Assembly: GCA_944332435.1 (NCBI GenBank)
Contig: CALVJW010000002.1
Span: 8,353 to 72,352 of the forward strand
DNA from: an uncultured Bacilli bacterium
GTDB taxonomy: Bacteria; Bacillota_I; Bacilli_A; RF39; UBA660
Direction: 5' to 3'
DNA: 64,000 bases
In this document: positions 1-9,847 of the stretch, piece after piece
Position numbering within the stretch: position 1 is the stretch's first letter
Layout of the letters: each line of letters opens with the position of its first letter
Position numbers and translations under genes: made by a program
The notes under the pieces: model-generated
The model's database searches: none
What the model was told of the DNA's origin: nothing
The model's input: only the letters and a program-made list of their open reading frames with translations

Positions 1-1036
1 TACTTTTAATGCAGTATCTCCAATCGTAACTTCTGCCACTTTGACATTATCAAGCCCTCTAACAGGTTGATAATTTAAAAAAACATCTTTAGGATTTTCA
101 CCTGTAAGTAGATAATAACTTGTTCTTAAAGCAGCTTCCATTACTCCACCACTATTTCCAAAAATAAGTCCTGCTCCTGTACCTCTTCCAAGTAAATCAT
201 CATAAGTAGAATCTTCTAATGTAGCAAAGTCGATTTCTTCTTCTTTTAGCCATAAGGCAAGTTCTCTAGTTGTAATAACATAATCCATATCTCTAAGAGA
301 ATCTATATGATGATATTTACTACTACTATTCATTTCTTCTCTTAAAATTTCTCCTTTTTTAGCTGTACATGGAGTTACTGCTACATTTACTATTTTCGTA
401 GGATCAATTTGCATTTTTTCTGCAAAATATGTTTTAATCATAGCACCTTCCATCAAAATAGGACTTTTCGTCGTAGAAAGATTTGGGATATATTCTGGAA
501 AAAATGTTTCAATAAAATTCACCCATGCTGGACAACAACTGGTAAATTGTGGTAACTTGCTACCATTTTTTATTCGATCTACAAGTTCTTTTGCTTCTTC
601 CATGATTGTTAAATCAGCACCAAATGTCGTATCAAAAACATAAGATGCACCTAATTTTCTTAAAGCAGCAATGATTTTTCCTTCTACTAATGTTCCTGGT
701 TCCATGCCGAATAATTCACTTGCTGCAATTCGAACCGATGGCGATGTTTGAAAAATAACAATTTTATCTGGGTCTTTTACAAATTCTTTTACTTTATGAT
801 AATCCATTACTTCTGTTATCGCATTAGTTGGACATACTAACGTACATTGCCCACAATTAATACAGATTGCTTTATCGCCGGTTTTTTCTAAACTGTAATT
901 TCCAAATACACCCTGACTAAATTTACATACACTTTTACAAGCACCACATAAAATACATTTTGAATTATCTCTTACAATCGCTGGATTATCATCTTCAATG
1001 GGTACTCTTACTGTTTCATATTCATGTTTACTCATA
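1..1036 (-). CDS. hydA: [FeFe] hydrogenase catalytic subunit, N-terminal part (C-terminus lies before the window start)
   Basis: Minus-strand ORF runs off the window edge. Translation begins MSKHEYETV with a GAGG RBS. It has two CxxCxxCxxxCP ferredoxin-like motifs (CILCGACKSVC, CINCGQCTLVCP) and the H-cluster motif FTSCCPAWV. Confidence 0.8.
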
Positions 1037-1079
1037 ATTACCTCTATAAAAAGGAGCAAACGCTCCTCTCTTTCCTATT

Positions 1080-1619
1080 TTAGTAGTTTTCACATCTTTT
1101 TTCAAAATAAGCTTTTGGATGAGCGCATACTGGACAAACTTCTGGAGCTTCATTTCCATAGTGTACATGTCCACAGTTACGACAAATCCACATCGTTGGT
1201 TCTTCGCTTTCGAATACAACTCCATTTTTAACATTTTCAAGTAATCTTAAATATCTATTTTCGTGTTCTTTTTCAATTTTTGCAACACCTTCAAATAAGA
1301 ATGCAATATGATCAAATCCTTCTTCTTTCGCTTCTTTTGCAAAAGTAGCATACATATCTGTCCATTCATAGTTTTCACCAGCAGCAGCTGCTTCTAGGTT
1401 TTCCATTGTAGATTTAATTTGTCCACCTTCTAATAATTTAAACCATAATTTAGCATGTTCTTTTTCATTATTAGCAGTTTCAGTGAAAATTGCTGAAATT
1501 TGTTCATACCCTTCTTTTTTCGCTTTGCTAGCAAAATAAGTATATTTATTTCTAGCTTGACTTTCTCCTGCAAAAGCAGTCATTAAGTTTTGTTCTGTTT
1601 TACTTCCTTTTAATTCCAT
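1080..1619 (-). CDS. rbr: rubrerythrin
   Basis: 179 aa. Ferritin-like diiron domain (ExxH pairs) plus a C-terminal rubredoxin-like CxxC...CxxC (CRNCGHVH...CPVCAHP). Confidence 0.9.
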   Translation of the reverse strand: MELKGSKTEQNLMTAFAGESQARNKYTYFASKAKKEGYEQISAIFTETANNEKEHAKLWFKLLEGGQIKSTMENLEAAAAGENYEWTDMYATFAKEAKEEGFDHIAFLFEGVAKIEKEHENRYLRLLENVKNGVVFESEEPTMWICRNCGHVHYGNEAPEVCPVCAHPKAYFEKRCENY

Positions 1620-1622
1620 CCT

Positions 1623-2006
1623 TTAAACCTTCTTTCTATTACATGCTTCACAAATACCTGTGAATACTATTTCATGTGATAATATGATATAATTGGTCTC
1701 TTTTTCAATTACTTTATCAATTCCTTTTAATACATTACTTTCGATATCAAACACTTGTTTACAACAAGTACAATATAAATGTTGATGATTTTTTAAATTA
1801 AAATCAAAACGATCGGAATCATCAGGAATCAATATTTTTCTAATAAGACCATGTTCTACTAACTGATTTAAATTTCGGTATACCGTTCCTAAACTAATAT
1901 TTGGTATTTTCTCTAAAACCGAATGATAAATCATATCTGCAGTTGGATGATCATATCTAAATTTTACTTCTTCTAATATGACTTCTCGTTGTCTTGAATA
2001 TTTCAT
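1623..2006 (-). CDS. Fur-family transcriptional regulator (PerR-like, sits next to rubrerythrin)
   Basis: The track ORF is 148 aa. A start at MKYSRQREVILE (ATG 2006) is preferred because it follows a GAGGTG RBS. Fur-like winged helix (HPTADMIYHSV) and a C-terminal CxxC pair. Confidence 0.8.
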   Translation of the reverse strand: MKYSRQREVILEEVKFRYDHPTADMIYHSVLEKIPNISLGTVYRNLNQLVEHGLIRKILIPDDSDRFDFNLKNHQHLYCTCCKQVFDIESNVLKGIDKVIEKETNYIILSHEIVFTGICEACNRKKV

Positions 2007-2104
2007 ATTATCACCTCTAAAGTAGTAATTATTACTACTTACAATTTCATTATATCGTCTTTCTATCATAAAGTCAATAAAAAAAGAAAGGTAATAATCC
2101 CTTT

Positions 2105-3838
2105 CTAGTTTGAAGACTCTGTATGATATAATTTTTGATACACATCATTTGTCTTTAATAATTCCTCATGTGTTCCTAGCCCTATTTCCATTCCTTTATG
2201 AATAACATGAATTTCATCCGCATCTATGATTGTAGATAAACGATGAGCAATGATAATAACAGTATGATCTTTTACTAACCCATCAATTGTTTTCTTAATA
2301 TATTCTTGTGATTCATTATCTAAAGCACTAGTTGCTTCATCAAATAAAATGATTTTTGTATTTAAAAGCAATGTTCTAGCAATCGCAATTCTTTGCTTTT
2401 GTCCACCACTAAGATTAATTCCACCTTCACCAATCATGGTTTCATACTGATTTGGTAAACTCATGATATATTCATCGATATAAGCTTTCTTACATACCTC
2501 TCTTACTTCTTCTAATGTAATATCTGGTTTTACTAAACGAAAGTTATCCATTAAGCTCATATTAAATAAATAAGGACTTTGTCGAATAATAGAAATACTA
2601 TTTCTTAAACTATCCTCCGTTAAATCTTGAATGTTTACCCCATCAATTAAGACTTTACCTTCTGTTACATCAAAGTAACGAAGTAATAAATTAAAGATAG
2701 TACTTTTACCGTTTCCACTTCTTCCAACAATTGCAATTTTACGATTTGGTAAGAATTTCATACTAATTCCCTTTAAAACGTCATCTTCCTCTTTGGCATA
2801 ACGAAACTTAACATTGTTAAATTCAATAACTCCTTTGCATTCTTTTAAATCAATTTTACCAAACTGTTCATCTGAATATAAACGATTTGTTAAAATATCA
2901 CACATACGATTTAAAGATACTACTACTTTATTATAGTTAATACCAAACTGTCCAATATTTTCAACAACATAATCAATACGCCATAAATAAGTATTTAATG
3001 TAATGAACATGGCATAAGCAATATTTCCTTGCATAACAAAGTATCCACAGGTAATAAAAATAATTGTCTGCATGATATAATATAATGAATTATTAATAGA
3101 ATAATAATTCGTTTCGAAAATATTACTTTTCTTGGTACGATCATAAATCGTATCAATAGAAGCGAATAATTTTTTCTCAGTTTCCTTTTTAATACCTAAT
3201 GATTTAATTTCTCGAATACCAGTAAGATTCTCTGTTACAGCTTTTACATAATTATCTGATTCTTCTTTAATTTCTTTTTGTATTTTTTTAATTTTAGGGA
3301 ATACTTTATAAGCATAAATTCCCATAATAAATGCGAAAATCAAAACTTCAATTCCTAAAACAATAGATAAAGAGAATGCAAAAACTAAAGCAATGATACC
3401 AGAAATACTTCTTGATACTAAATGAACCAGTTTATCTAATAAAGAAACAATTTGTTCTGGATCATTACAAATTCGATTGATAAACTCCCCTACACCTTTT
3501 TCTTCAAAAGCCCGAGCTGGCAAATCATTAATTTTATGATATAAATCTTTCGTGGCATTACAAATAAATTCATTCTCTAATTGAATAAAAACTCTAGCTT
3601 GAATATTACTAATGATTCCTCCAAACAATACATACATTCCACCATAACTTAAAATCCATAAAAGAAATTGTTCAAAGGTTCCTTTCAGTAATGCTTCTAG
3701 TGCAAAACCCCATATTAATCCTGCACAAATGGATGGGATAATATCTAAAAATACTAAAATAATATAAGTAGTACATAACAATTTTTTATTCTTTAAATAT
3801 TTTTTGATAATTTTAAAATCTTCTAAATTCTTTTTCAT
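2105..3838 (-). CDS. ABC exporter, fused permease and ATP-binding subunit (MsbA/multidrug type)
   Basis: Six-TM N-terminal domain, then Walker A GRSGNGKST, signature LSGGQKQR, Walker B ILFDEATSALD. A start at MKKNLEDF (ATG 3838) is preferred over the longer track ORF because it has a GAGGTG RBS. Confidence 0.85.
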   Translation of the reverse strand: MKKNLEDFKIIKKYLKNKKLLCTTYIILVFLDIIPSICAGLIWGFALEALLKGTFEQFLLWILSYGGMYVLFGGIISNIQARVFIQLENEFICNATKDLYHKINDLPARAFEEKGVGEFINRICNDPEQIVSLLDKLVHLVSRSISGIIALVFAFSLSIVLGIEVLIFAFIMGIYAYKVFPKIKKIQKEIKEESDNYVKAVTENLTGIREIKSLGIKKETEKKLFASIDTIYDRTKKSNIFETNYYSINNSLYYIMQTIIFITCGYFVMQGNIAYAMFITLNTYLWRIDYVVENIGQFGINYNKVVVSLNRMCDILTNRLYSDEQFGKIDLKECKGVIEFNNVKFRYAKEEDDVLKGISMKFLPNRKIAIVGRSGNGKSTIFNLLLRYFDVTEGKVLIDGVNIQDLTEDSLRNSISIIRQSPYLFNMSLMDNFRLVKPDITLEEVREVCKKAYIDEYIMSLPNQYETMIGEGGINLSGGQKQRIAIARTLLLNTKIILFDEATSALDNESQEYIKKTIDGLVKDHTVIIIAHRLSTIIDADEIHVIHKGMEIGLGTHEELLKTNDVYQKLYHTESSN

Positions 3839-4022
3839 TATTTCACACCTCGCAAATACTATAACACTACACCTAAATGGAGAGTCAATAAAAAAGTGTT
3901 TTTCTGATTTTTTCCATGGAAACACCTGCTCTTCATCGATTACAAATTAAATCTATTCTAGCATGACATATATTTGAAGTCAATTTTATTCAACATTTAC
4001 TATTAAAAAAGAAAAACAAATT

Positions 4023-5021
4023 TTAATTGTTTTTCTGAATAAAGTGATACGAATCTCTACACATATCATCTAATGTTTTTTCTGCTTTCCATCCTAACTG
4101 TTGATAAGCATAGGATGGATCTGCATAACAAGCTGCAATATCACCAGCACGTCTTTGGGTAATTTCATATTTCACTTTAACATGATTTACCTCTTCAAAT
4201 TTTTTTACCATCTGAAGAACACTATATCCATTACCAGTTCCTAAATTATATGCATCTACTCCATGAGAGTTAAATACTTTCTTTGCTGCACATAAATGTC
4301 CTTTTGCAAGATCAACAACATGAATGTAATCTCTTACTCCCGTACCATCAATTGTATCATAATCATTTCCAAAAACATTTAAATGATCTAATTCATGAAT
4401 TGCCACTTTGACAATATATGGCATTAAGTTATTAGGGATTCCATTGGGACTTTCACCAATTAAGCCACTTTCATGAGCACCAATTGGATTAAAATATCTT
4501 AAAATAGCAATAGACCATTCTTTATCAGCATGTGCTAAATCTTTTAAAATTTTCTCAATCATCAACTTCGTCTCTCCGTAAGGATTCGTAGTGCTTAGTG
4601 GAAAATCTTCTTTAATTGGTAATGATTTAGGATTTCCATATACGGTTGCACTAGATGAGAAAACCATCTTTTTTACTTTATATTCATTCATCACTTCACA
4701 AAGACAAAGTGTTGAAATTAAGTTATTATCATAATACATTAATGGCTTAGCAACTGATTCACCAACTGCTTTATAGCCAGCAAAATGTATGACTACATCA
4801 ATTTTATGTTTTTGGAAAATAGATTGTAATAATTCTTTATTACGAACATCTCCTTCATAAAAGATAGCTTCTCTTTTTGTAATCTCTTTTATTTTATCTA
4901 CCACTTCACGTTTAGAGTTTGATAAATTATCAATAATAATTACTTCATCACCATTGTTTAAAAGTTCTACAACAGTATGACTACCAATAAATCCTGTTCC
5001 ACCTGTTACTAATAAATTCAT
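4023..5021 (-). CDS. galE: UDP-glucose 4-epimerase
   Basis: NAD-binding motif MNLLVTGGTGFIGSH, the catalytic YxxxK region and a C-terminus typical of GalE. Start at ATG 5021 after an AAGGTG RBS. Confidence 0.85.
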   Translation of the reverse strand: MNLLVTGGTGFIGSHTVVELLNNGDEVIIIDNLSNSKREVVDKIKEITKREAIFYEGDVRNKELLQSIFQKHKIDVVIHFAGYKAVGESVAKPLMYYDNNLISTLCLCEVMNEYKVKKMVFSSSATVYGNPKSLPIKEDFPLSTTNPYGETKLMIEKILKDLAHADKEWSIAILRYFNPIGAHESGLIGESPNGIPNNLMPYIVKVAIHELDHLNVFGNDYDTIDGTGVRDYIHVVDLAKGHLCAAKKVFNSHGVDAYNLGTGNGYSVLQMVKKFEEVNHVKVKYEITQRRAGDIAACYADPSYAYQQLGWKAEKTLDDMCRDSYHFIQKNN

Positions 5022-5135
5022 ATGATTCACCTTCCAATTTTGATTAATAATACCTATCATTATTCCCAACAATTTTCACCAACATTATAACATAAATAAA
5101 TTCTATTACCAACAAGCATAAATTATTTTTCTTTT

Positions 5136-6164
5136 TCATTCAAAAAACTTTTGATAACTAATATTACTTATTTTATTAAATATTTTTTTAAAAAAATGAT
5201 TTGATAAAACAAATGTTAGAAATATAGCTAATAAACTATAGATCAATGGTAAAAAATTACCAAAGAAATTCATTAAACTAAGATGAAATTTAGTATTAAC
5301 AAAAATTAGAATAAATAAATAATGTAATACATATACCTGCATTGTTCTTTCTCCATATTTAGTAAAAAATAGTTTACGCCTCGGAATAAAAGATAACACA
5401 GCAAGTGACATTACAATTTGAATAAAATACATTAACACTCTAGAAAGGGCACCAGCAAAAGGAATTGATTGTGGTAGTTTCGTATATATATATGGATTTT
5501 GTCCTGTTAAAATAGAATTTAATTTACATACTATCCAAGGAAATAATAAAGTAAGCAAAAATACTATAACTAAGATAGCACCAAAAATAATCCTATTTTT
5601 TTTATCATGTAATTTTGAAATAAATTCATCAAGTTGTCTTTCACTAACATAATACCCTATTAAAAAATATGGATAAAATACAATTACTCTGGACAAGCAT
5701 AATACATCCGAAATTTCAGTATCATAACCAGCTAAAATAGAAATAACAAAAAGTACTGGTAATAAATATTTGACTTTTATTCTTTTCAAAATAAAAGTCA
5801 TAGGTAACCATAATGATAATGCTAGTAGATACCATGGTGTATCTCTTTCTGTAACAATTGATACTTCAATATTTTGTTTAAAAACAACATTTAAAATAAA
5901 ATAAATAGCTAATTTAAATAACAAATAAATCAAAATAAAATTCAAAACTTTTTCTAAACGAAAATGATCATCTTTATCTGTTAATTTTTTAGATAAAAAG
6001 CCTGTAATAAAGATAAATAAAGGCATATGAAACATATAGATATAAGTATAGAAACTACTAGCTAAACGTAAATTCAAAATAAAATACTGAAAATGTCCAA
6101 TTACAACAAAGACAATTAAAAGAAATTTTAGATTATCATAAAAAGAAATCCTTTCTTTTAACAT
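5136..6164 (-). CDS. acyltransferase family 3 (OatA-like) membrane protein
   Basis: 342 aa with about 10 TM segments. N-terminal motif F[LY]DNLKFLLIVFVVIGHF is typical of PF01757 O-acyltransferases. Confidence 0.6.
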   Translation of the reverse strand: MLKERISFYDNLKFLLIVFVVIGHFQYFILNLRLASSFYTYIYMFHMPLFIFITGFLSKKLTDKDDHFRLEKVLNFILIYLLFKLAIYFILNVVFKQNIEVSIVTERDTPWYLLALSLWLPMTFILKRIKVKYLLPVLFVISILAGYDTEISDVLCLSRVIVFYPYFLIGYYVSERQLDEFISKLHDKKNRIIFGAILVIVFLLTLLFPWIVCKLNSILTGQNPYIYTKLPQSIPFAGALSRVLMYFIQIVMSLAVLSFIPRRKLFFTKYGERTMQVYVLHYLFILIFVNTKFHLSLMNFFGNFLPLIYSLLAIFLTFVLSNHFFKKIFNKISNISYQKFFE

Positions 6165-6584
6165 TTATCTTGTTTCACTCCTCTGAAAAATAAATAATTT
6201 ACTAAATACATAATTTAATACTACTACAATAAAATTGATAAGAACTTTAGAAATCATTTTATTCATACATAAAACACTAATACATAAATACATTCCAATC
6301 ATATCAACAACATATGAAAATACACGTGCTAGGAAAAAAGAAGATACTTCTTTTACTAACTCTTTTTTATTAGTTGTTTTACTTTCAAATACATATATTT
6401 TATTGGTAACATACGCAAAAATAACAGATAATATCCAAGCGATTGTATTATTAACGTAAGTGTTAATTCCAACTAAGTCCATAAAATAAAATGAGATAAT
6501 ATTAACAAGTGTTGTTAATACACCAAAAATAAGATATAAGATAATTTCTTTATATGTCATAAATATTTTTTCTATTTTTCTCAT
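6165..6584 (-). CDS. GtrA-family membrane protein (flippase-like partner of a polyprenyl-phosphate glycosyltransferase)
   Basis: 139 aa, four TM segments, GtrA-like layout. Directly downstream of a GtrB-like GT2 gene. Confidence 0.6.
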   Translation of the reverse strand: MRKIEKIFMTYKEIILYLIFGVLTTLVNIISFYFMDLVGINTYVNNTIAWILSVIFAYVTNKIYVFESKTTNKKELVKEVSSFFLARVFSYVVDMIGMYLCISVLCMNKMISKVLINFIVVVLNYVFSKLFIFQRSETR

Positions 6585-6626
6585 ATTTTCTCTCCTTACT
6601 AATAACTAAAATAGTATAAAATAATG

Positions 6627-7577
6627 CTATTTTGTTTTTTTTGTTTTTTCTGTTTCCTTCACAATATAAATTGGTCTTTTCTTTGTTTCTAAATAGGTTT
6701 TAGATAAATATTCTCCAATAATTCCAGTACAAAATAGTTGAGTTCCACCTACAAAAAACATAATACATGCCATACTAGGCCAACCAGCTACAGGATCTCC
6801 CCAAACAAGTGTTTTTATAATAATAACAATAATTAAAACAAATGAAATAAAACAGAAAATTACCCCTATTAAAGCTGCTACTACAAGTGGTGTCGTAGAA
6901 AATGCGACAATTCCCTCTAATGCATAAGAGAATAATTTCCAAAAATTCCATTTGGTAGTCCCCGCAACTCTTTCTTCTATTTCAAATTCAATCCATTTTG
7001 TATCAAACCCAACAAAACTAAATAGTCCTTTGGAATAACGATTATACTCTTTCATAGATAAAATAGCAGTCACCATTTGCCGAGTCATCAAACGAAAATC
7101 TCTTGCACCAGATACCATTTCTGTATCTGATATTATCCCAATAATTTTATAAAAACATTTTGTAAATATTTTTCGTAAAAAGGAATAACCTTTACGATTA
7201 GTACTTTTAGTTGCCACACAATCATATTCCCCTGATTCTAAAATAGGCACCATTTCTTTTAAAAGTGCTGGTGGATCTTGCAAATCAGCATCCACCGTCG
7301 TAATATAATCTCCACTAGCATTTTCAAGTCCCGCATAAATAGCAGCTTCTTTTCCAAAATTTCTTGAAAATGAAATATATCTTACTCTTTTATCTTCTTG
7401 ATGTAACGCCCGTAATTGATCTAATGTCTGATCTTTAGAGCCATCATTAATGAATAAAAATTCAAAATCAAAATCATGCATATTTTTTGCTACTTTTGTT
7501 ATTTCTTTATAAAATAAAGGCAGTGAATCCTCTTCGTTATAACAAGGAACAATCACACTGATTTTTGTTTTGGTCAT
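6627..7577 (-). CDS. GT2 polyprenyl-phosphate glycosyltransferase (GtrB / dolichol-P-glucose synthase-like)
   Basis: N-terminal ISVIVPCYNEE...FINDGSKDQT...DADLQD motifs and two C-terminal TM helices, as in GtrB. ATG 7577 (MTKTKISV) is preferred over the GTG at 7604. Confidence 0.75.
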   Translation of the reverse strand: MTKTKISVIVPCYNEEDSLPLFYKEITKVAKNMHDFDFEFLFINDGSKDQTLDQLRALHQEDKRVRYISFSRNFGKEAAIYAGLENASGDYITTVDADLQDPPALLKEMVPILESGEYDCVATKSTNRKGYSFLRKIFTKCFYKIIGIISDTEMVSGARDFRLMTRQMVTAILSMKEYNRYSKGLFSFVGFDTKWIEFEIEERVAGTTKWNFWKLFSYALEGIVAFSTTPLVVAALIGVIFCFISFVLIIVIIIKTLVWGDPVAGWPSMACIMFFVGGTQLFCTGIIGEYLSKTYLETKKRPIYIVKETEKTKKTK

Positions 7578-7684
7578 AATTTCTATAACTTCCTTCCTAA
7601 TCACATATTATTTTCTTTTCCTAACTCATTTTAACATATTTTTACTGTCATGATACACGAAAATTCAAAAATTATTAAATTTTC

Positions 7685-7716
7685 AAGAAAAAAGAGAACT
7701 TACCACGTTCTCTTCC
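7685..7716 (-). terminator. rho-independent terminator downstream of the 7814-9835 gene
   Basis: On the minus strand: GAGAAC-gtggtaa-GTTCTC hairpin followed by TTTTTTCTT. Confidence 0.6.
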
Positions 7717-7813
7717 ACCCTATAAAGTAACTAGCGAGTGTCACCCAAAATAGAATATAAGCAATTAAGTTTAATTTTGCCTTTATAATAAGGATCATTC
7801 TTCATTCGCTTCA

Positions 7814-9835
7814 TTATTTTTGCTTCTTATTGATCTTTTTATCATAAAAATGGTTATGATCAAAGACTACTTTAATTTCTTTATCAGCATCAATTTTATA
7901 ATATTGCTTCATTGTTTTTGCTAAATAACCATCATTATCCCATGGATTCGGATTCCATAAAAAGCGCTCAGATAATACATCAAATTCAACCACATCAACT
8001 TCCTCATTTAACTGTTTTCTGATATGTTCTTCTCTTACCTTGTTTTCTTTATATACTCTTATATAACCATTTATGAAAAAAATAGATACCCCTAATACTA
8101 TAACAAATAATATACTATTTATTACTTTCTCATATTTTACTTTATAAATGGTACTTAAAATTATCAATAAAGAAATCGTTAATAATAACGTTGTTGGCAA
8201 TGCTGTTCTACCACCCCATATTGGTGATAAAAACATTGCTCCATTAGAAAGAATTGCCCCAATAAGTAAAGTAAATGATGCATATTCCTTTTTATATTCT
8301 CGATAATAATAGAATAATAAAATTAACAACATTATAATAATACTAAAATAATAAATCATAATCCATATACTAGAACCATCTACTAAAAATAATAATTTAG
8401 AAATATTAATTCCCAATGTTTCAGCATAATTAACAATTGATGTTACTAATAAAGGGAATAAATAAATACAAGTTACTAGCATCCATGATTTCTTCTTCAC
8501 ATAACGTTTTACCAATAATAAAATTACAATAAATATTAAGATAAGTAAGAAACTATTGCGTAAAAATGTATAAGAAATAAAATTAGGTAAATTAAATACT
8601 ACTTTATCAAAAAGATTCATCGCTTTAAAAGTTGAATATTCTCCTAAGCGATTCATATTACCTGGTGCACAAATTGTAAGAATCATACCGATAAATGAAA
8701 ATATTGTACTCATAAGTAAAGACTTACTAATTTTTTTATCATGAATGGAATGAATAATAGTAAAGATTAAGAATAAAGTAACAATAACTATAGAAACATT
8801 TTCCACAAACATACTAAAAATAAAAGCGAAAATTGGTAATATATAACGTACCCATCTATGAACTTTATCAAATTTTGTACATAAATAAGTGCTTATAATT
8901 ACAAAGCAGGTTGGAAATAAATACGTAATATTCCCTGCTAGCCAAATATATCCTTGACGAAAAGCTTCTTCGTCAACAAGTAAAATTCCTAAAAGTAATA
9001 ATAATGGATACATCATATTTTTTACTTTAATCATTTTTAATCCATAATAATAAATACCTGTCATACATAATGCATTTATCATATTCCAAAGTATCTTATT
9101 ATAAGTTAAAACATTGATAAATATTCTACTAAAGAATCTTCCCTCGTAAGTTTGATAACTATTAATTGCAAAAGAAATGGAATTCCAGATTCCTGAAGAA
9201 CCATTAAAATAGTTACCAAAATCATCACCTGTTAATGGTACCATCATAAAAATGCAATAAAATAATAAGAAAATGATTGTTGTTGATAAAATTGTTTTTG
9301 TCTTATTATCAAATACCTTTTCTCTTTTCTTATTCCAAGATTCACTCCTTTTATGACTATCAGCATCAATATAATTATCGATTAATTGAATCATATTTTT
9401 TTGATTACTTTTATATTGTTTTGGTTTAAATTTTTTTGCTGCTTTTATTGCATCACTGACACTTTTATAGTCATCTAAATTTAAAATATAGCCATCTTTT
9501 GTAAACGAATCAATAATTTGTAATTGATGATCATTCGTATGCTCTTGATATTTTTTTAATCTTGCACATGCTATCACTTTTTTGTTATGGTTCAATCCTG
9601 AAATAATTGACCCTACTCCACCATGTGTTATCAAAATATCCGCTTCTTCAACTAATTTCTCAAATTCATCCATTGGAATCAATTTTTTGATTTCCATATA
9701 CTTACTATCAAAGACAGTATGTCCTGCTTGTACAACTACTCGATCTTTAATTTTTTTCTTTTTTAGTTCTTCTTCAATTTTCTCTAATAATCGTTTAAAA
9801 CTCTTATCTTGGGTTCCTAATGTAACTAAAATCAT
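7814..9835 (-). CDS. Alg13-like glycosyltransferase catalytic domain (GT28 C-terminal / Cps14G-EpsF-like) fused to a large polytopic membrane domain
   Basis: The N-terminal 150 aa (MILVTLGTQ...ITHGGVGSI...) match the Alg13/Cps14G fold. The remaining ~500 aa have at least 12 predicted TM helices. Confidence 0.6.
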   Translation of the reverse strand: MILVTLGTQDKSFKRLLEKIEEELKKKKIKDRVVVQAGHTVFDSKYMEIKKLIPMDEFEKLVEEADILITHGGVGSIISGLNHNKKVIACARLKKYQEHTNDHQLQIIDSFTKDGYILNLDDYKSVSDAIKAAKKFKPKQYKSNQKNMIQLIDNYIDADSHKRSESWNKKREKVFDNKTKTILSTTIIFLLFYCIFMMVPLTGDDFGNYFNGSSGIWNSISFAINSYQTYEGRFFSRIFINVLTYNKILWNMINALCMTGIYYYGLKMIKVKNMMYPLLLLLGILLVDEEAFRQGYIWLAGNITYLFPTCFVIISTYLCTKFDKVHRWVRYILPIFAFIFSMFVENVSIVIVTLFLIFTIIHSIHDKKISKSLLMSTIFSFIGMILTICAPGNMNRLGEYSTFKAMNLFDKVVFNLPNFISYTFLRNSFLLILIFIVILLLVKRYVKKKSWMLVTCIYLFPLLVTSIVNYAETLGINISKLLFLVDGSSIWIMIYYFSIIIMLLILLFYYYREYKKEYASFTLLIGAILSNGAMFLSPIWGGRTALPTTLLLTISLLIILSTIYKVKYEKVINSILFVIVLGVSIFFINGYIRVYKENKVREEHIRKQLNEEVDVVEFDVLSERFLWNPNPWDNDGYLAKTMKQYYKIDADKEIKVVFDHNHFYDKKINKKQK

Positions 9836-9847
9836 GACCCACCTCCA

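Noticed and set aside
998-1240. Small ORFs 998-1231(+) and 1028-1240(-) between the hydrogenase and rubrerythrin genes
   Set aside because: They overlap the rubrerythrin 3' end and the hydrogenase start region. They have no RBS and low-complexity translations. The interval is better explained as the rubrerythrin terminator/UTR and the hydrogenase promoter.
6235-6459. Track ORFs antisense to annotated genes (6235-6459+, 9582-9851+, 15017-15208+, 19331-19747+, 23337-23519+, 28508-28720+, 30243-30509+, 33675-33962+, 34825-35175+, 40187-40453+, 42459-42722+, 43282-43503+, 44790-45147+, 49431-50141+, 50741-50938+, 52184-52393+, 52493-52687+, 55887-56156+, 57177-57434+, 61396-61737+, 61986-62201-)
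   Set aside because: All lie wholly inside longer ORFs with clear family signatures on the opposite strand. They have low-complexity, stop-poor translations typical of AT-rich antisense frames and no RBS.
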